From Somniosus microcephalus (taxonomy: Eukaryota): 64,000 nt of DNA. The stretch covers positions 178,870,001 through 178,934,000 of the forward strand of contig CM126211.1 in the NCBI GenBank assembly GCA_052327205.1, written 5' to 3'. Of this stretch, positions 62,465 through 64,000 are shown piece after piece (the stretch's first letter is position 1; every line of letters starts with the position of its first letter). The notes beneath the pieces were generated by a model. That model saw only the letters and a program-made list of their open reading frames with translations, ran no database searches and was not told the origin of the DNA. The position numbers were made by a program, and so were the translations under genes.

Positions 62465-63960
62465 ACATAACATAACATAAGAAGTAAGAGCAGGAGTAGG
62501 ACATACGATCCCTCGGGCCTGCTCCGCCATTCAATAGGATCATGGCTGATCCGAACCTAGACTCACATCCACATCCCTGCCCGCTCCCCATAACCCTTAA
62601 TTCCCTTATCAGCTAGGAAACTGTCTATCTCCGTTTTAAATTTATTTAATGTCGCAGATTCCACAGCTCTCTGAGGTAGCAAATTCCATAGATTTACTAC
62701 CCTCTGAGTGAAGAAGTTTCTCCTCATCTCAGTTTTGAAACGGCAGCCCCTTATTCTAAGATTATGCCCCCTAGTTCTAGTCTCACCCATCAGTGGAAAC
62801 ATCCTCCCTGCACTCACCCGATCAAGCCCCCTCACAATCTTATATGTTTCGATAAGATCGCCTCTCATTCTTCTGAACTCCAATGAGTAGAGGCCCAACC
62901 TACTCAACCTTTCCTCATAAGTCAACCCCCTCATCTCCGGAATCAACCGAGTGAACCTTCTCTGAACTGCCTCGAGAGCAAGTATATCTTTTCTTAAATA
63001 TGGAAACCAAAACTGTACGCAGTATTCCAGGTGTGGCATCACCAGTACCCTGTATAACTGAAGCAAGACTTCCCTGCTTTTATACTCCATCCCCCTTGCA
63101 ATAAAAGCCAAGATTCCATTGGCCTTCCTGATCACCTGCTGTACCTGCATACTAACCTTCTGTGTTTCATGCACCAGGACCCCCAGATCCCTTTGTACTG
63201 TAGCACTTTGCAGTTTCTTTCCATTTAGGTAATAACTTGCTCTTTGATTTTTTCTGCCAAAGTGCATAACCTCACACTTTCCAACATTATATTCCATCTG
63301 TCAAATTTCTGCCCACTGACTTAGCCTGTCTATGTCCTTTTGCAGGTTTTTTATGTCCTCCTCACTCACTACTTTCCCTCCCATCTTTGTATCGTCAGCA
63401 AACTTGGATACGTTGCACTTGGTCCCCTCCTCCAAATCGTTAATATAGATTGTAAAGAGTTGGGATCCCAGCACTGACCCCTGCGGAACACCACTAGTTA
63501 CTGATTGCCAGCCCGAGAATGAACCATTTATCCCAACTCTCTGTTTTCTGTTAGATAGCCAATCTTCCACCCATGCCAGTATATTGCCCCCAATTCCGTG
63601 ATTTTTTATCTTGTGCAGTAATCTTTTGTGTGGCACCTTGTCAAATGCCTTTTGGAAGTCCAAATACACCACATCCACTGGTTCTCCTTTATCCACCCTG
63701 TTTGTTACGTCCTCAAAGAATTCGAGCAAATTTGTCAAACATAACTTCCCCTTCATAAAACCATGCTGACTCTGTCCGATTAAATTATGCTTATCCAAAT
63801 GTCCTGTTACTGCTTCCTTAATAATGGACTCCAATATTTTACCAACCACAGATGTTAGGCTAACTGGTCTATAGTTTCCAGCCTTTTGTCTACCTCCCTT
63901 TTTAAATAAGGGCGTTACATTAGCAGTTTTCCAATCTGCTGGGACCTTTCCTGAATCCAG
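62465..63960 (-). mobile_element. 5'-truncated CR1 LINE (RT and 3' tail)
   Basis: ORFs 63301-63849 and 62563-63297: [41 protein letters not shown]. Confidence 0.92.
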
Positions 63961-64000
63961 ACATGGGTTTGAGTAAACATACAGGGGGTAGATCTTGATT

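Overview
Eukaryotic (vertebrate) genomic DNA that is mostly transposable elements, with one host gene. The repeat content (HER1-type CR1 LINEs, L2 LINEs, Deu-domain SINEs, many Harbinger derivatives) points to a cartilaginous fish such as a shark; this is an inference. The host gene is the orphan class A GPCR GPR12: single coding exon 58674-59657 (+), with a probable non-coding first exon ending at 58365. The standout feature is a 10.6-kb env-bearing LTR retroelement at 5139-15730. It has ~1.17-kb LTRs about 98% identical, a CAAG target-site duplication, an 18-nt PBS matching tRNA-Arg(CCG), and a PPT. It encodes a coiled-coil/capsid/CCHC Gag and a PR-RT(YVDD)-tether-RNase H Pol whose integrase core has been deleted. 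Its Env looks like a paramyxo/pneumovirus-type class I fusion protein rather than a retroviral SU/TM, i.e. a lokiretrovirus-like provirus. Once one frameshift is repaired, the Env N-terminus shows a canonical immunoglobulin-domain signature followed by a Thr/Pro stalk. Retrovirus-like expression signals are also visible: a splice donor/acceptor pair joining a Gag leader in frame to Env, and a UGA-CUG gag-pol junction. The window also holds a near-intact Ty3/Gypsy gag-pol whose 3' LTR lies just upstream of GPR12, a near-full-length CR1, several Harbinger-type elements (Myb/SANT-only or non-coding, three with internal minisatellites) and hAT remnants. All family assignments come from motif recognition by eye; no database search was run.
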